Shown in pieces: positions 1-16,057 of a stretch of DNA of 64,000 bases. Location: assembly GCA_964016885.1 (NCBI GenBank), contig OZ024740.1:194122001-194186000 (forward strand), in the 5' to 3' direction. Source of the stretch: Eledone cirrhosa. Its lineage: Eukaryota. The notes below the pieces were generated by a model. It was given only the letters and a program-made list of their open reading frames with translations, made no database searches and was not told where the DNA came from. Position numbers and translations under genes: made by a program. Position 1 is the stretch's first letter. Every line of letters starts with the position of its first letter.

Positions 1-1860
1 GGCTGAATGTGCTGTCCTGTCCCCAGGAAGCAAGGTTGCTGCAATAGCGGAAGACGCAACAGCAAGTGCTATGTGTCTGTGTTGTCGAACCTTGTCAAGG
101 AGAAGCCGTATGACAAAAGTCTTCCCTGTGCCTCCAAGGGCGTCCAAGAAAAAGATTCCTCCCGTACGACGGTGGACAGTCAGCAATAGTGTTATATGCT
201 CGTTCCTGTACCTGCAGCAGCATTGGTTCATGCTCAGTGACATATGTAGCCAAGCTGTCAGTGTTGTAGGATAGTTCCGCAAGTATTTCTGCGGAAATGA
301 CGTCGGAGCCTGTTCTGTTTGTTTGGGGCAGGCCATATGTCTGCAGTGCATTCCCACCCATTGCAGCAATCATATTTTCAATTTCAATAAGTGCTTTGTT
401 GTATATTTCATCTGTGAAGCCTACTTTCATGTCAGGAAGTTGTAATTGTGCTTCATGTCTGAAGTCCTCAGAGAGGTCATCTCTGTACTTGAGCCACAAG
501 AAGGAAGGATCGGGCAATTAACAAATGCACAGTAAGACAGCAAAAAGCTTCCTAAGGCTGTTTGGCATTTGTGAAACAACTGCTTCTGCCAAAGTGGCAT
601 CCCACTGAGCACCATCTTCCAGTAGTCCACGCCTGAGGCAGGCCTCTCTGTACGTGTTGAAAATTTGGCCATCAACAGTTCTTAGGTGTTGAAAACTGGT
701 TGGTCCTCTTACGTCATGGACAAGCATACGCAGGTAGTAACATTCTTGGTAGATGGGGGGCACTGGGTAAACTCGCGCCAGGCAGCTGTCAAAGTTAAAA
801 TCTGAATGACCATCAACGCTTTCACCTTTGATTCTTGGCTTCCATGAATAGTTTTCCCATTTGTAGAAAGAGGGGACTTGGGGATACAGCAAAGTGCGAG
901 CGAATGCGTCGCCTTGACATAGTTGAAAGAATGCAGTAAGAATTGTGTTCCTTGGTTGCAGACCCCTCAGAAAAGCTGTTTGTTTTGTATAGTATACTCT
1001 TTGGCCGTTTTCCAGGTGCACAGCAATGTATTGGACGGCAGGGTATCTTCTGTGCATTGAGAAACGGTAAATTCGCCAAAAGGCCTCGCTGGTACTTATA
1101 TATCGTGCTGATTGGTACTATGCAACTTCATCCCGTTTGTTTTCTTCTTTAAGCCCGAACATGGCGGCATCCGGGCCCTTATGTATATACTTGCAGACAT
1201 ATTTGATTGATTTAATAGAGTTACACCATTCAACATTTATATGGGAGTTGAACGCCTTGAGTAGTAATGGTCAGTACGGTACAATCCATCGGTTGTCAAT
1301 TTCATGTCTTCCAACCAGTGCTGTTAATCCTCCGTCCTCAGGGCATCTTCGTCTGCATGATGGGTATCCGTCATCAGCAGTTTGAGTTTCGCGAAGGAAG
1401 GCTCTTGGGTATTTTTTGGAGCAAATACCGTTGTTCAAACACGGAAGTTAGATTTGAAGCCACGTCCACAAGGACTGTGAACCATGTGCGCCGTAACCCT
1501 GTTAAATAGGGTTTTGTCAGTTTGCGGGTTTGGAAGCTCTGCGGATATAATCATGTCGATGTCGTCTACTCTGATTTTTTTCGACAACCAAATAAGAATG
1601 TGAGAATGGGTGAGTCCACGCTTCTGCCATTCAATAATGTACATGCAGTATTGCACACGTCCAAATGCCTGGCCCTTTGTGATAAGGTCCATTAGTTTGT
1701 ATACTTTTAGCTCGAAGACTCTGGATGAGAGGTCATGGCGACCTCTGGGTTGTTGTCCGGGAAGGAGTTCATGGGCAATTTCTTGCCACGAAGGATTGCA
1801 TATAAAAGTAATAAGTAGGTTTGGTTTGCCGTACTCGCGCACATACGTCATCGCGTCCTG
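1..1860 (-). mobile_element. Helitron Rep/Helicase coding fragment, frameshifted; continues off the left edge
   Basis: Split minus-strand ORFs contain Helitron Rep motifs (QDAMTYVREYGKPNLLITFICNPSW; IEWQKRGLTHSHILIW, HUH-type; MVHSPCG), the linker (VHLENGQRVY; GPTSFQHLRTVDG; TYREAC..GLLED). PIF1 motifs are readable at 1-150 (FLDALGGTGKTF Walker A; AVASSAIAATLLPGDRTAHS). Multiple frameshifts and stops. Confidence 0.93.
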
Positions 1861-1942
1861 GGTTCTACTGGGCTTGGCCTCAAACAGGAACATTCCAGGT
1901 GTACAACTCATGGTCATTTGAGACCAAAGGGAGACTTTGCCC
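1861..1942 (+). mobile_element. Possible 3' tail of an RTE/BovB-like LINE abutting (TA)n
   Basis: Non-Helitron sequence with a short stem-loop (tggtc-atttga-gacca) resembling RTE 3' ends, followed directly by (TA)n. Confidence 0.3.
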
Positions 1943-2239
1943 TATATATATATACAGAGAGATATAGATATATATATACACATATATTCATATATATAAA
2001 TATATATACACATATACATACATATAAATACATACATTATATATATATATATATATACATACATATAAATACATACAGTATATATATATATATATATACA
2101 TACATATAAATACATACAGTATATATATATATATATATATATATACATACATATAAATACATACAGTATATATATATATATATATATATACATACATATA
2201 AATACATACATATATATATATACATACATATAAATACAT

Positions 2240-2290
<51 letters not shown>

Positions 2291-2335
2291 TATAAATACA
2301 TATATATACATACATATAAATACATACATTATATC
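1943..2335. repeat. (TA)n/(TACA)n compound microsatellite
   Basis: Seen directly, with a recurring sub-unit catacatataaatacatacag. Confidence 0.97.
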
Positions 2336-2599
2336 CACACACTCATGCACGCAAATGCTCAAACGCACGGACAATCACGCACGCATGTGTGCACGTACAC
2401 ACACATATTAATAGATTTAACTCTTACTGGAGCGCTGCACGAACACACACACACGCGCGCACGCACGCACAGACGCACACATGTTAATTAGTTATAGCTT
2501 TCCTGCCTCTCTTTCACTGTCACATATCAAACGCAGCGCCAGTCGCTCTCTCTCTCTCACTCTTCCTCTATCCCCCATTTTCAGGCTGTCTGTTACTTT

Positions 2600-2860
2600 C
2601 ACTCTCACTCTTTCTTTTTCATTTTTATAGATATAGAGATTTTCTCTGTGCAAAGTCGTACCTATAGTCAGTTTGATCGATTATTTTACCTGGAGAAATG
2701 GGGAGTCGATCATTGCCAATGGCGTGCCGACCTGCCCTGATAATTCTGTGGTTGATTACAAAAACAATTTTGAAAATCGGCCTTGCGGATCAAAATTTGC
2801 TGCGGAACAGGCAGACACACACACGCACAGACAGACAGTTTCATTTTTATAGATATAAAT
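2600..2860 (+). mobile_element. Possible non-autonomous Helitron/Helentron-like fragment
   Basis: Ends ...gaaaatcgg...acagacagacagtttcatttttatagatata, resembling termini of DINE/HINE-like elements. The motif tttcatttttatagatata occurs twice (about 2617 and 2839). Confidence 0.3.
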
Positions 2861-3300
2861 ATTTATGATAAAATATATGGAGAATAGAAATGGCTGTGTA
2901 GTTGCTATTTAAGGTAACTTAAAATTCAGCGGGAATACGAAGAAAGCAAGAACAGGGGGGGGGGGGGGGGGGCTCCTAATCAGTTGTCTACTGAGGGTCT
3001 AGGATATTTCTACGCTTTAAGGACAAGATACAACTTCACCCCAGGGCGTCAATAATTGGATCAGTTATTGGGAAAACAAAGGAAGAAGGAAAAGAAAGCA
3101 AAGAGAAAGAAAAGAGAAACAGTAACAAAACAGCGAAAAATACACAAACCGATCAATGTGCCAGCAACTATAGGTAGGAAATCCAAGACCACTTAATAAT
3201 AGAACTTATCTCCGAGAGCGAGTAATCGTGAGAAAAGACACACGTCCGATCGCCGCAGTTGTAAGTATATATATATATACATATATACATATATACATAT

Positions 3301-3356
<56 letters not shown>

Positions 3357-3702
3357 TACAGGGAGCCTCACCCCAGAAAGAATTCTATAGACTTCTGACT
3401 GAGGAATGCTCTCAGAACTGAACAATGGGAAGTTTGACACATTTTTTGATATTTTGTTCCTTCAACACCTTGTCCCTTCTACCATTTTATCAATTTTTAA
3501 GATAACTCCAACAATGACAGCACTAATAACTGACCAATGAGAGGAGAAGGGGACCTGTGACACGAAAATTCGTTTGTTTGAATTCATATGACTCCAGTTC
3601 CCCAGTGAATTAACAACCCAGCAAGGAACTGGGCATATCAGAGTATTGACAATATCATAGACCTAAACAACATATGTACTTGTCTATACCATACTAATTC
3701 AA

Positions 3703-3757
3703 ACTGCCTCAAGAGGTCACAGCCAAAGATGGCTGTCACTGAAATATATATAGCAGT
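3703..3757 (+). ncRNA. Hammerhead ribozyme motif (type I), core mutated (G5C)
   Basis: actgc-CTCAAGA-ggtcacagcca(aaga)tggctgtcact-GAAA-tatata-TA-gcagt: perfect 5-bp stem I, 10/11-bp stem II, palindromic stem III. Lies in a TA-flanked pLTR-like segment at about 3355-3905. Confidence 0.75.
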
Positions 3758-3905
3758 AATAAACGAAGCTAAATTGTAATCATTTGACTTTTATTTAACT
3801 TTATTTTAAACTACTCCGGAGTAACCAAACCAACCTGCGCACTTCGTCGAGTGCTCCAGCCTGCATACTGAGGTGTTGGTATACAACCAACACAAACTCA
3901 AAATC

Positions 3906-5059
<1,154 letters not shown>

Positions 5060-6332
5060 ACTTTGAATAACTTTGAAATGTTTTGGCCAGTATTGGCCCA
5101 GGCCATGTCTAACTTAATAGCACCACCTGGCGAAGTCTTTCAATTCAGGATTTGGGCACCATGGCCCATTCGAGAAGAGAATTACTGTTTGCGGAGACAT
5201 ATCCGGGTGTGGGTGGTTTGTCCGGGATTACTTGGAGGAATTTGTCCAAAGACTTCTTGAATTTTGTGTGGTCAGTTTCTGTTTTGACGTGTCCTGGTGT
5301 GATGTTGAAGAGAGCGGGGCCGATTGAGGTGAAATAATTGTGCCGTATTGTTGTTATGAGTTGCGATTTAGATTTTTGAATGGGACGGATAGCACGGGGC
5401 CCAAGCCTTGGGTGTATCTTGAAGGCGATGCCAACATCATTTGGGCAGTGATGATGGAACATTTTCCACATCATGCAGATAATATAACGCTCACGGCGAC
5501 GTTGGAGTGAGTAAAGTTTCAGGTTTTCCAATCGACCCCAGTAGTCAAGGTCTGACATGCCATCTATCTTTTTCGTGATTGCCCTTTGAGGAGCTTCAAG
5601 TTTCATGATACTTTGTTTGGTGTGGGGAGACCACAGTGGACAACAGTATTCAAGGTGTGGTCGGGCGAAAGTAGAGAAGAGAAGGATAATGGTGCGGGAA
5701 TCTCTCGACTGGAAGGTTCTGAGGATCCAGGAACACATTCTGCGGGCCATGTCAACTTTGCTGCTTATATGCGTGGTCCAGCTTATGTTGCTGTCCACGG
5801 TTACTCCCAAGTCTCTGATGTTGTTAGATGCCACGAGAGTTTCCCCGGAGGGAAGGGAGTACGGGAGTTTCAGAGCATCCTCTTTTCCAAAGTGGATCAG
5901 TTCGAATTTGTCTTCGTTCAGTAACATGTTGTTCTTTTCTGCCCATTGGGTAACAGCCAGTAGGTCTGACTGAAGGCTTATCCGGTCATCCACGCCATTG
6001 ATGACCTTTTGGAGCTTGGAATCATCAGCGAAAATTTTAATGTTGCTGTGTTTGATGATGTCAGTGATGTCATTAATATAGATGATGAAGAGAAGTGGGC
6101 CCAACACAGTGCCTTGTGGGACTCCACTACTGACTTTGGCTGGGCTTGATTTGACTCCCTCAACTACAACATGTTGGGTTCTGTTTGACAGGAAGCTCTT
6201 GATCCACTGTAGCAGCTTTCCAGTGACACCAATATTGGACAGCTTTCTCAGTAGAATGTTATGATCAACCCTGTCAAAGGCCTTGCTGAAATCAAGGTAG
6301 ATAACATCAGTGTTGGAACCCTCTCCCAAGGC
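5060..6332 (-). mobile_element. 5'-truncated CR1/L2-group LINE: C-terminal reverse transcriptase region plus 3' UTR
   Basis: Uninterrupted frame of about 395 codons: [68 protein letters not shown]. Short 3' UTR ends in (ttcaaagtta)x2. Both flanks are (TA)n. Confidence 0.93.
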
Positions 6333-7712
<1,380 letters not shown>

Positions 7713-8972
7713 CGTTGTACTGCCTCTCTGTTTAGTTCCTGTTCAAATTTTTCCATTATATATATATATATATATGGACATAAATTATAGTATATTGGTC
7801 TGATTATTTAATTTATTAATTCATCATTGAGCCACATCGTGAATGGTTGCCTAAATATATATATCTATGACTTTGTCTACTTTGTGTATATGTATATCTT
7901 TATATTTGACAATCTCCGATAAGGTTGAGATGCAATTTAGGCAATATTAGGCTGCGCTTTCCAGCAACCTACTCACTCGCCGTAAGGCACTAATCACACT
8001 CCTTCTGACTTGACCACTGCCACGTTACAGTTCTTAGCGATTTTGAATTCGTTTCTGGCAGGGATCATTCAAAAAAAATATTTGTCCAAGTGAGTTTGTT
8101 TCCTGATGAGTTCGAAGCTCGAGAATTTATCCTTCATAGGATATTTCCGAAAGCGAACGACACCCTAAAGGGTAGAGACACAAATCCTGGTATGTGTATA
8201 TGCATTTGTTCTTCTAACTTTAATTTTATACCTAATTGTGTATGGTTGACGATATATTTAATCGATTTCCACGTGCTATTGAAATGCTGGGTAAATATTC
8301 TATAGCTGTTGATCGCAAATAGATGGCTGTCGTTTATTTATCTATTATTTCTTCGTATGAGCCTTTTAATCTTATAGCCTGTTTTAATTGTATTTTTGTG
8401 TGGTTGATTATGCTAATTGGGAGGGGAAATGGAGTATATATCTTATCAAATGATTCTATGGACATAATTTATATTATATATATATATATACCAATAAGGA
8501 AACATTTTGCATTAACAAATTCCAACCTTCTACTTAATGCACTAAACTTCGGACCAAACTAAAACTGGAACAAACAATCAAATATTTACAAGAGTTACCT
8601 TGCTCACACCCTACCTAATCCTTTTTCTTAAATAAATTAAATATCATCCAGCATGAATTGCCTCCCCCTGCATATTAACTCTCTAAAAAGTGAAATCATA
8701 TCAAACCCCAGTCCAACATTTGCCTCCATCATGGATCAACTAAGCACCCTTGCTACATTTACATCTGCTTAATTTTGATCTGCTTAACTTCAAGAATTAT
8801 GCCTGTAAATAACAATATTTTTTCTTTCACATTGACTTTTTATGCTCCACATTACACCCCTTTTTTCTTTTTTTCTTTTCACTTCATAAACCTTGTTTGT
8901 AAATAACATTATTCTTTCTGCTTCATTTCTTTCACATGTGCAACACCACCATTCTACACCAATACATATCAC

Positions 8973-9013
8973 TATCATTTGATAATGTATAAAAATGCTG
9001 AAACCGGTAATAG
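8973..9013 (+). ncRNA. Hammerhead-like motif with U3/A8 core variant
   Basis: at-TTGATAA-t-gtat(aaaa)atgc-t-GAAA-ccgg-TA-at. Palindromic ACCGGT stem III is typical of minimal PLE HHRs; stem I is weak. Confidence 0.5.
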
Positions 9014-9205
9014 ACAATTATTAAATATGTAAATAGATAAATAAATGCCATTGTTAATTAATAAATAAATCAACTAATACCTTAACACTTCACACAAAGT
9101 AAAATATTTCGTTTTAATCATGTTCTAACCAGGAGAAAGGAGAGAAATAAATAAAAATGGAAAAAAATATATTTTTCTTCCTAATGATCGTCTCTTTCTC
9201 CCTGT

Positions 9206-9267
<62 letters not shown>

Positions 9268-9270
<3 letters not shown>

Positions 9271-9860
9271 TAATAATAAATTTGAAGACTAAAATCCAAA
9301 GAGGGCTCGATAAGGCTAAATATATATCAAATATATAAGAACCGTAGAGCAAATATTTATTAAAATAACATATTAAATTTTAAGCAAAGAATCGCAGCTT
9401 TCACCCTTAACGGGATCTTCCGAAACTAAAAAAAATCAATCTGTGAACGCAGAAGTAAATATTTCGAAAAACGTTGCAACCGAAGGAAGACAGGAAGACG
9501 GTACTTTGGTTCGTGGAAACGTTCCCTGGCAAAGAAAGGAAAAATACGAAGATAATACGTCATTATTTGGAGCGGTGAAAACAATTACACACAAAGACAA
9601 AACCACGTTTATGGTAAAATAAAATCGTAGACTAATATTCTATTAGGTGGTTCATAGAGACGTTCTCTGCCAATGAACGGAAAAAACGAAGATAATACGT
9701 CATTAACACATGCATACGCGAAAACACCCTCCATGGGTATGCAAATACAAGCACGTGCACAAAAAACACGCACGCACATACAAAACCCACGCAATGCCTG
9801 TACCCGCACACATACGAACGTATACACTAAATACACGTAACAATATTTATTTAAAAATAT
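9268..9860 (-). mobile_element. Solo PLE pseudo-LTR (family A) with variant HHR at 9377-9427
   Basis: Closely similar to 41828-42700, 53180-53445 and 57815-58145. Flanked by (TA)n and (TG)n. Confidence 0.8.
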
Positions 9861-9864
9861 ATAA

Positions 9865-9909
<45 letters not shown>

Positions 9910-11276
9910 CATATAATTATATAAACGTATACTTATGTGTGTGTATATGTGTGTGTATGTATATGTATGTATCTCTCTGCTTGCATGAATTCCACAGAAC
10001 ATTCCATAAAGTATACAGCTAATATCTAATACTTTACCAGTTTAAAATCCTTTTTCTCAAAGGCTTATATATATATTTCTTTACAAATATACCCATCTTT
10101 CTACCTTATTTCAATATTATTTATTATACATTATATAATACTAGTTACTCATTCTATATCATTACTATTTATCACTTTCCTCTCTTCCTTTTTTCTTTTA
10201 ATTTCTAACCTCTAATCTGTACTTTTTCTTCATAAATACTTCTCAATTCTTATTATTACTCACCACAACATATCCACTCTTCCATCTTTCTTCATATCAT
10301 TGGCCATAAAAATTATTATTACCTTTTAAATACTTTATACCATTTCCTTTAAAAATCCTTCGTAAACAGAAACATTTTTTTGACGTTAGATTATTCCTCC
10401 TCAGTTCATTATATTTTTCTCCCTTTCATGCTCGTGTGACTTTTACATATTACATATCACAATACATAAAAACAAATTTAAACCCTAACTAATCTCCTTT
10501 ATTACATTATATTATTACCATTAGAAAATACTTCATATATATTTTGATGTTAGAGTCTTCTCTTCCTTAAACACTATTTTCTTCTTTGCTTTCTGCGCTC
10601 ATTTGTAAATAAACTATTTACATATATTACGCATACATATGACATTACATAAAAAGACACTTAAACACTAACTAATTCCTCTAAATTCATAATTCATCCA
10701 CTCTTCTAATTCTTTTCACCTTATATCCTTAATAACATTAATATTTTTATTTTAATAATACATATTAACAATTTCTTTTCATCGCACATATTATTAAACC
10801 CTTCAATATACAAACCTTAATTTAATATTATTCTTAATTTTGTTTCTCTTCATCAACTTTTTATTTTCAAATTCTTTTAAATTATGTATTATCTTGGAAC
10901 GGCTTTTTACCCTCTCTCTGTGAAACAATATATATTTTTTCTCAGTTATAAAGGCTATCTCTCTCTTTCTATCACCCATCTCTTCTCCTATCTCATCCTT
11001 CCTTATTATACCCCTCCCCAACATTCTTTACTCTCATCTCCTCCTCTTTTTCACCCTTTCCACACCCCCCTTAATTTTTTTCCCAATATCACACATCAAT
11101 CTTAAATTACTTTTCATATGTTGATTTAAAACTCCACTATTCAGAAGTGTTTTTTAACCTTCATATCATCTATCCCTATTTTATCTGACGAAAAGGCAAA
11201 TGTCATCTCATGATGATATTTGTTTTTATAATGCGCATAATAAAATACATGGAACTCTTTAATCATCTTTTGATCT

Positions 11277-11312
<36 letters not shown>

Positions 11313-11314
<2 letters not shown>

Positions 11315-11364
11315 AAGTATGTATGTATACGTACATACATATATGTATACAGACGTACAGTAGC

Positions 11365-11437
<73 letters not shown>

Positions 11438-11867
11438 CATACAGGCACACGTATATATATGTACGTATCAGTTTAGCGAATATTTATTATAATGTTCGCT
11501 TTGTTCGTTTGTAAACAAACGGACAGCCTGATTTATGCCGTACGGTGTTAAGGCAACCACGTCACCTTTTTGTTCAACACTGACACAGGAACGATGTACT
11601 AGTTTCAAGCTCGTTAGCTATCGTCAGCACCGTATACCCTTCTGCCAGATGGTTGAACGTTCGAAAGTATATACTTTCCTTATGAAAATTAACGGCTGAG
11701 CAGCCTAATTTGCATATCGAGTGAGTTCAGTCGGCCAGGCGCACCGAAAACAATAAGTTAGAATAGAATGAAACGAAATTTCATTTCTCACTCTTAGTAC
11801 GGCACTTACTTAAATGTAAGTATGTATGTATACGTACATACATATATGTATACAGACGTACAGTAGC

Positions 11868-11936
<69 letters not shown>

Positions 11937-12219
11937 CAGGCACACATATATATATGTACGTATCAGTTTAGCGAATATTTATTATAACATTCGCTTTGTT
12001 CGTTTGTAAACAAACGGACAGCCTGATTTACGCCGTACAGTGTTCAGGCAACCATGTCACCTTTTTGTTCAACACTGACATAGGAACGATGTACTAGTTT
12101 CAAGCTTGTTAGCTATCGTCAGCACCGTATACCCTTCTGCCAGATGGTTGGACGTTCGAAAGTATATACTTTCCTTATGAAAATTAACGGCCTAATTTGC
12201 ATATCGAGTGAGTTCAGTA
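11313..12219. repeat. Tandem duplication with a period of about 500 bp (11313-11730 and 11816-12219)
   Basis: Near-identical copies beginning gtaagtatgtatgtatacgtacatac, with a few substitutions and an indel. Confidence 0.9.
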
Positions 12220-12268
12220 TATGGGTATAAAAGTGTGTTTTTGCAAGTATGTGGGAGTAAGGGCTTCA

Positions 12269-12307
<39 letters not shown>

Positions 12308-12565
12308 GTGTGAGTGTGGGTGTGTGTGAACGTGCTTGTAGACCACTATAGGCATTGTTAGCTTCAGAGAACCTTAAAAAGAAGGAGTGGCACGCCCAGT
12401 TTGAATTTGTTTATATAATTCTTTCTGCCTTTGTTACTCTAAATATACCCTTTAAAGAATTCCCTTTTCTTTAAACCCATCTACCAACGTCCTCCACCCA
12501 TCCCAATCACCACCCTCTCCTACCACCCTAAAAGATATAAATACCACCATATTACTTGGACAGTC

Positions 12566-12623
12566 AGCTTCCTGATAATTTCTTACGAATGAAACACTTT
12601 TAAGTTCTAGTCCTGTAGAAGCT
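12566..12623 (+). ncRNA. Hammerhead motif (type I), core mutated (G8A), long loop III
   Basis: agcttc-CTGATAA-tttc(ttac)gaat-GAAA-ca(17 nt)tg-TA-gaagct, with a perfect 6-bp stem I. Confidence 0.65.
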
Positions 12624-12697
12624 TTTCTATATTAAATATTTATACACTGCTTTGTACCTCACTTACTGTGGTTACCCCCGATTGAACACGGGAGAAA

Positions 12698-12779
<82 letters not shown>

Positions 12780-12782
<3 letters not shown>

Positions 12783-13274
12783 AATTTCAGCGAGATCGTA
12801 TTTCGGCGGTGGCCAAAACAAAACGAAACGCCATCTTCGGGATATGCCGGTAAGCGCTCAATGGACTAAGAAGAAACCAGAGAATTTAACATGTGTTATA
12901 AGGCCAGACAAAATGAAAACAGTGGTTGTGAAGTCAACAGCAACCGTAGCCGAAAAACCGAACAGGCTAAAGAGGTTAACAAATAACTACCTGGACCTTC
13001 CCGGAAAGTGTTGGTAAAATCTAATGGGAGATTTCTGTGACTTCTAAATCAAGTATACTGTCTTCTTTTGTTGTAAGCTTTTGGTATAACTATCGAACAA
13101 GGTAGCCATTTCGTCAATAGGTTTTCTGTTCTCAGCCGCCTACCAGGTTCCAATGAAGTAGCAGTGGAGTGAATATCCCACGTGGTTACCATGCAAGAGA
13201 GGTAACCTCGGTTTTTGGCGTGTGCATTCAAAATGTGTAAAGAAATTGCAAAAAATTGCAAAGAACCTGCACAA

Positions 13275-13280
<6 letters not shown>
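12780..13280 (-). repeat. Dispersed repeat, probable PLE 3' end; homologue at 52562-52785 (+)
   Basis: Shared terminal motifs ccat(t/g)gagcgctt...gcgtttcg...cgccgaaat(a/g)cgat(t)ctcgctgaa(a/t)ttata. Both copies are bounded by microsatellites. Confidence 0.5.
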
Positions 13281-13317
<37 letters not shown>

Positions 13318-13840
13318 GGTTTTGTATATATAGACATGTAAGTATGCCAAATATACGAATTTCCATTTAGATTCAAATGAGGATAAACACCTTCAACCTG
13401 CTTTCTGGTCTTGCTTGGGTTTCGTCAAAATGTATGAATACTATGTATACAAACACAATGATGCGTATAAAGAAAAGATTTATATAAGCATTCACTTATA
13501 GTAGCATGCTACAATGAACGGACTTATTTGCATATTCTAAAACGCTCATAGGTCATTAAGATAGCTCCGTACGAACCTATAACAACACCCCCCCCCCCCA
13601 CACACACACACACGCTTACGCACGTGCACAAGTATAGCTCTTTTTACAAAACCTTTTTTTTCCATTTCAGGTAGACGCGCTCCATCATCCACTTTTCTAA
13701 AAAAACAAATCATACACAAAACGCCAGCACCAACAGTTTTGCAAGAGATGTCAACATGAATGGACCTGTTATTTTTATCTAAAGACATTTTTTCCAATGG
13801 CATCCCGCCCGTCCACCCAATCTAGTTTATTTCCATTCTT

Positions 13841-13876
13841 TCTTCTGATGAAGGACTAGCGTCCGAAACGTGAAGA
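13841..13876 (+). ncRNA. Minimal hammerhead motif; cleavage-site base is G (likely inactive)
   Basis: tctt-CTGATGA-a-ggac(tagc)gtcc-GAAA-cg-TG-aaga. Confidence 0.75.
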
Positions 13877-13954
13877 GGGCTTCCTGCTATATCATACGTT
13901 AACCTCATATATACCTTCATATATACCTTCCATATATTGTACCGAGTGTGTTGT

Positions 13955-14020
13955 TATTTCTGTTTACCTTTTACTGACATACATATATATATGTATGTCA
14001 GTAAAAGGTAAACAGAAATA
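13955..14020. repeat. Perfect 66-bp palindrome centred on (TA)n
   Basis: tatttctgtttaccttttactgacatacatata|tatatgtatgtcagtaaaaggtaaacagaaata. Confidence 0.92.
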
Positions 14021-14271
14021 GTCTAAGAATATGATAAAGTTAAATCTGTTTGTTTACAGAATAAACTGAACAAGACAGCATAAATGTGTGTATTCATTTA
14101 AATATGTGAAGTATATATATTTCCTTCTAAATTCAAAGAAAATAATATTTACCTTTAACAGGGTCTCCTATTGAGAAGGAAGGTAGCACATAAACAACCA
14201 CAAGGAAATATGTACAGATATTGCTTTATCATATATTTCAGCTGCGTACTGCACAAATTAACATAATATTA

Positions 14272-14366
<95 letters not shown>

Positions 14367-14646
14367 GCATTATGTATATATATATATACATACTTTTCTC
14401 CCAAAAGTCATATATTATAACTGAACACCTTGATGATGTGTCAGTTACGAATCCCGGTTATCGTACATACTTGTTTCAACATGATTAATTGAGTCATTTT
14501 AGCACTTTTTACGGCCTACACTGCAAAATCAAGCTTACTGTTAATGTTATTCTAACAAATGTGGAGAATATTTCAGATATAAAGAATTTAGGCATTGTTA
14601 GCTTCTTGAAGGAAGTATATTTACTTACTTATTATTTGTGCTATAA

Positions 14647-14679
<33 letters not shown>

Positions 14680-14778
14680 TATACACATATATATATATAT
14701 ACATATATACCTATACATATACATATATATATACACATATATATACACATATATATATATATACATATATACCTATAC

Positions 14779-14839
<61 letters not shown>

Positions 14840-14865
14840 CATATACATATACATATATACATATA

Positions 14866-14906
<41 letters not shown>

Positions 14907-15029
14907 TTATATACCCTTTTTATATATCGTTTAAACATGTAAATTTGATGCTCTGAACTAATGTTCATTGAGCTTTTTATTTAGAGACATAATCTGTATA
15001 TAAGTATATTGTTAATATATATCTATTAA

Positions 15030-15648
15030 ACCATTTTTGTTGTGTCGTTTACAAATGGGCAACTCAAATGGGTCATACCGTTTAGCAAATCATGATGTAA
15101 TAGGTGATAACACCCTTCATTATGAAAGTTGTCCATAGTAGATGTGATATCCCGTGGCTGGTATAGGAACGGGATTAAATATATATTTAATAAAGCAGAA
15201 TGCCGAACTCTTAATATTATTTTAATGTTGCAAAAATGCGACACGTATTTCAATGGCCTATGTACATCATCAGATAATGTTATAAGACTTTGGGGACTCA
15301 TCAGATACGAGTTGCAAAAGTAGTTAACTGGTAACAGGATTACGGCAAACACAAACGGATAAAGGAGAATAAGCTTAATTCGGTGATGGCCCGTCAATTC
15401 GGCGTATTGTTGTGGCGAACCCTCACATCAGTTACCTTCAACCATACAGAGAGTAGAGAACGATATGTGGGTATGATACAGGACCGGTTTAAACAACGGT
15501 ACTTTTCACATAAAATGTTTTTTAAGCACCATTATTGCGGACACCCACGGTATACCAAGTCCTGTATGGGAACTGAAACTTAAAGGTATAAAATGGATAA
15601 GATATTTATAACAATAAATGGATAAGGTATTTATAACAATAATTCGTA

Positions 15649-15650
<2 letters not shown>
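15030..15650 (+). mobile_element. Decayed PLE remnant: GIY-YIG endonuclease fragment with an inverted HHR-like motif (15236-15280, -)
   Basis: ERYVGMIQDRFKQRYFSHKMFFKH, then WELKLKG in another frame. Minus strand reads CTGATGA-tgtacataggccatt-GAAA-tacgtg-TC. Confidence 0.6.
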
Positions 15651-15697
<47 letters not shown>

Positions 15698-15704
15698 ACC
15701 CATA

Positions 15705-16057
15705 CGAGGTGCGTTGAAAACGTATGTGACTTTATTTTTCCCGTCAAAACTAATGCCGCATTAGCAAAGTCATTTGTATGGAAGACGTGAGCCTTCTTGC
15801 GCATTTGATCCAAAAACCTGATGACAAGTCTCTGCTCGACTCGTTTGTTCTTCTAGCTTGAAAACGAAATTCCAACGAGTGCGCACTACACACCTGTATT
15901 CTAGGTCTAACAGCCGGGATATGACGCGGCCCGCCGGCGCGAAAATTGTCCCGCATGCGCCGGAAGATGTCTTCGCCTCCCATTCAAATGATCCTGTCCA
16001 CCTGACATTAGGTTTTGCGAGGAAAAATAAAGTCAGATACTTTTTGAACGAAACTTG
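15705..16057. mobile_element. Tc1/mariner-type MITE (about 350 bp) with TA target-site duplication
   Basis: Left TA-cgaggtgcgttgaaaacgtatgtgactttatttttcc matches the reverse complement of the right end TA-caagtttcgttcaaaaagtatctgactttatttttcc (imperfect TIR of about 37 bp). No transposase. Confidence 0.8.

Noticed and set aside
1861-1917. Minus-strand gaccatgag...cccagtagaacc as the missing 5' half of an HDV-like ribozyme matching 29365-29412
   Set aside because: Short matches 27 kb apart. The segment is better explained as an RTE-like 3' tail on the plus strand, and L3 geometry does not fit.
2983-3027. Very degenerate HHR-like patterns (here on minus; also near 8102, 10385, 12795, 14428, 16921)
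   Set aside because: Too many core or stem lesions to distinguish from chance by eye; not counted.
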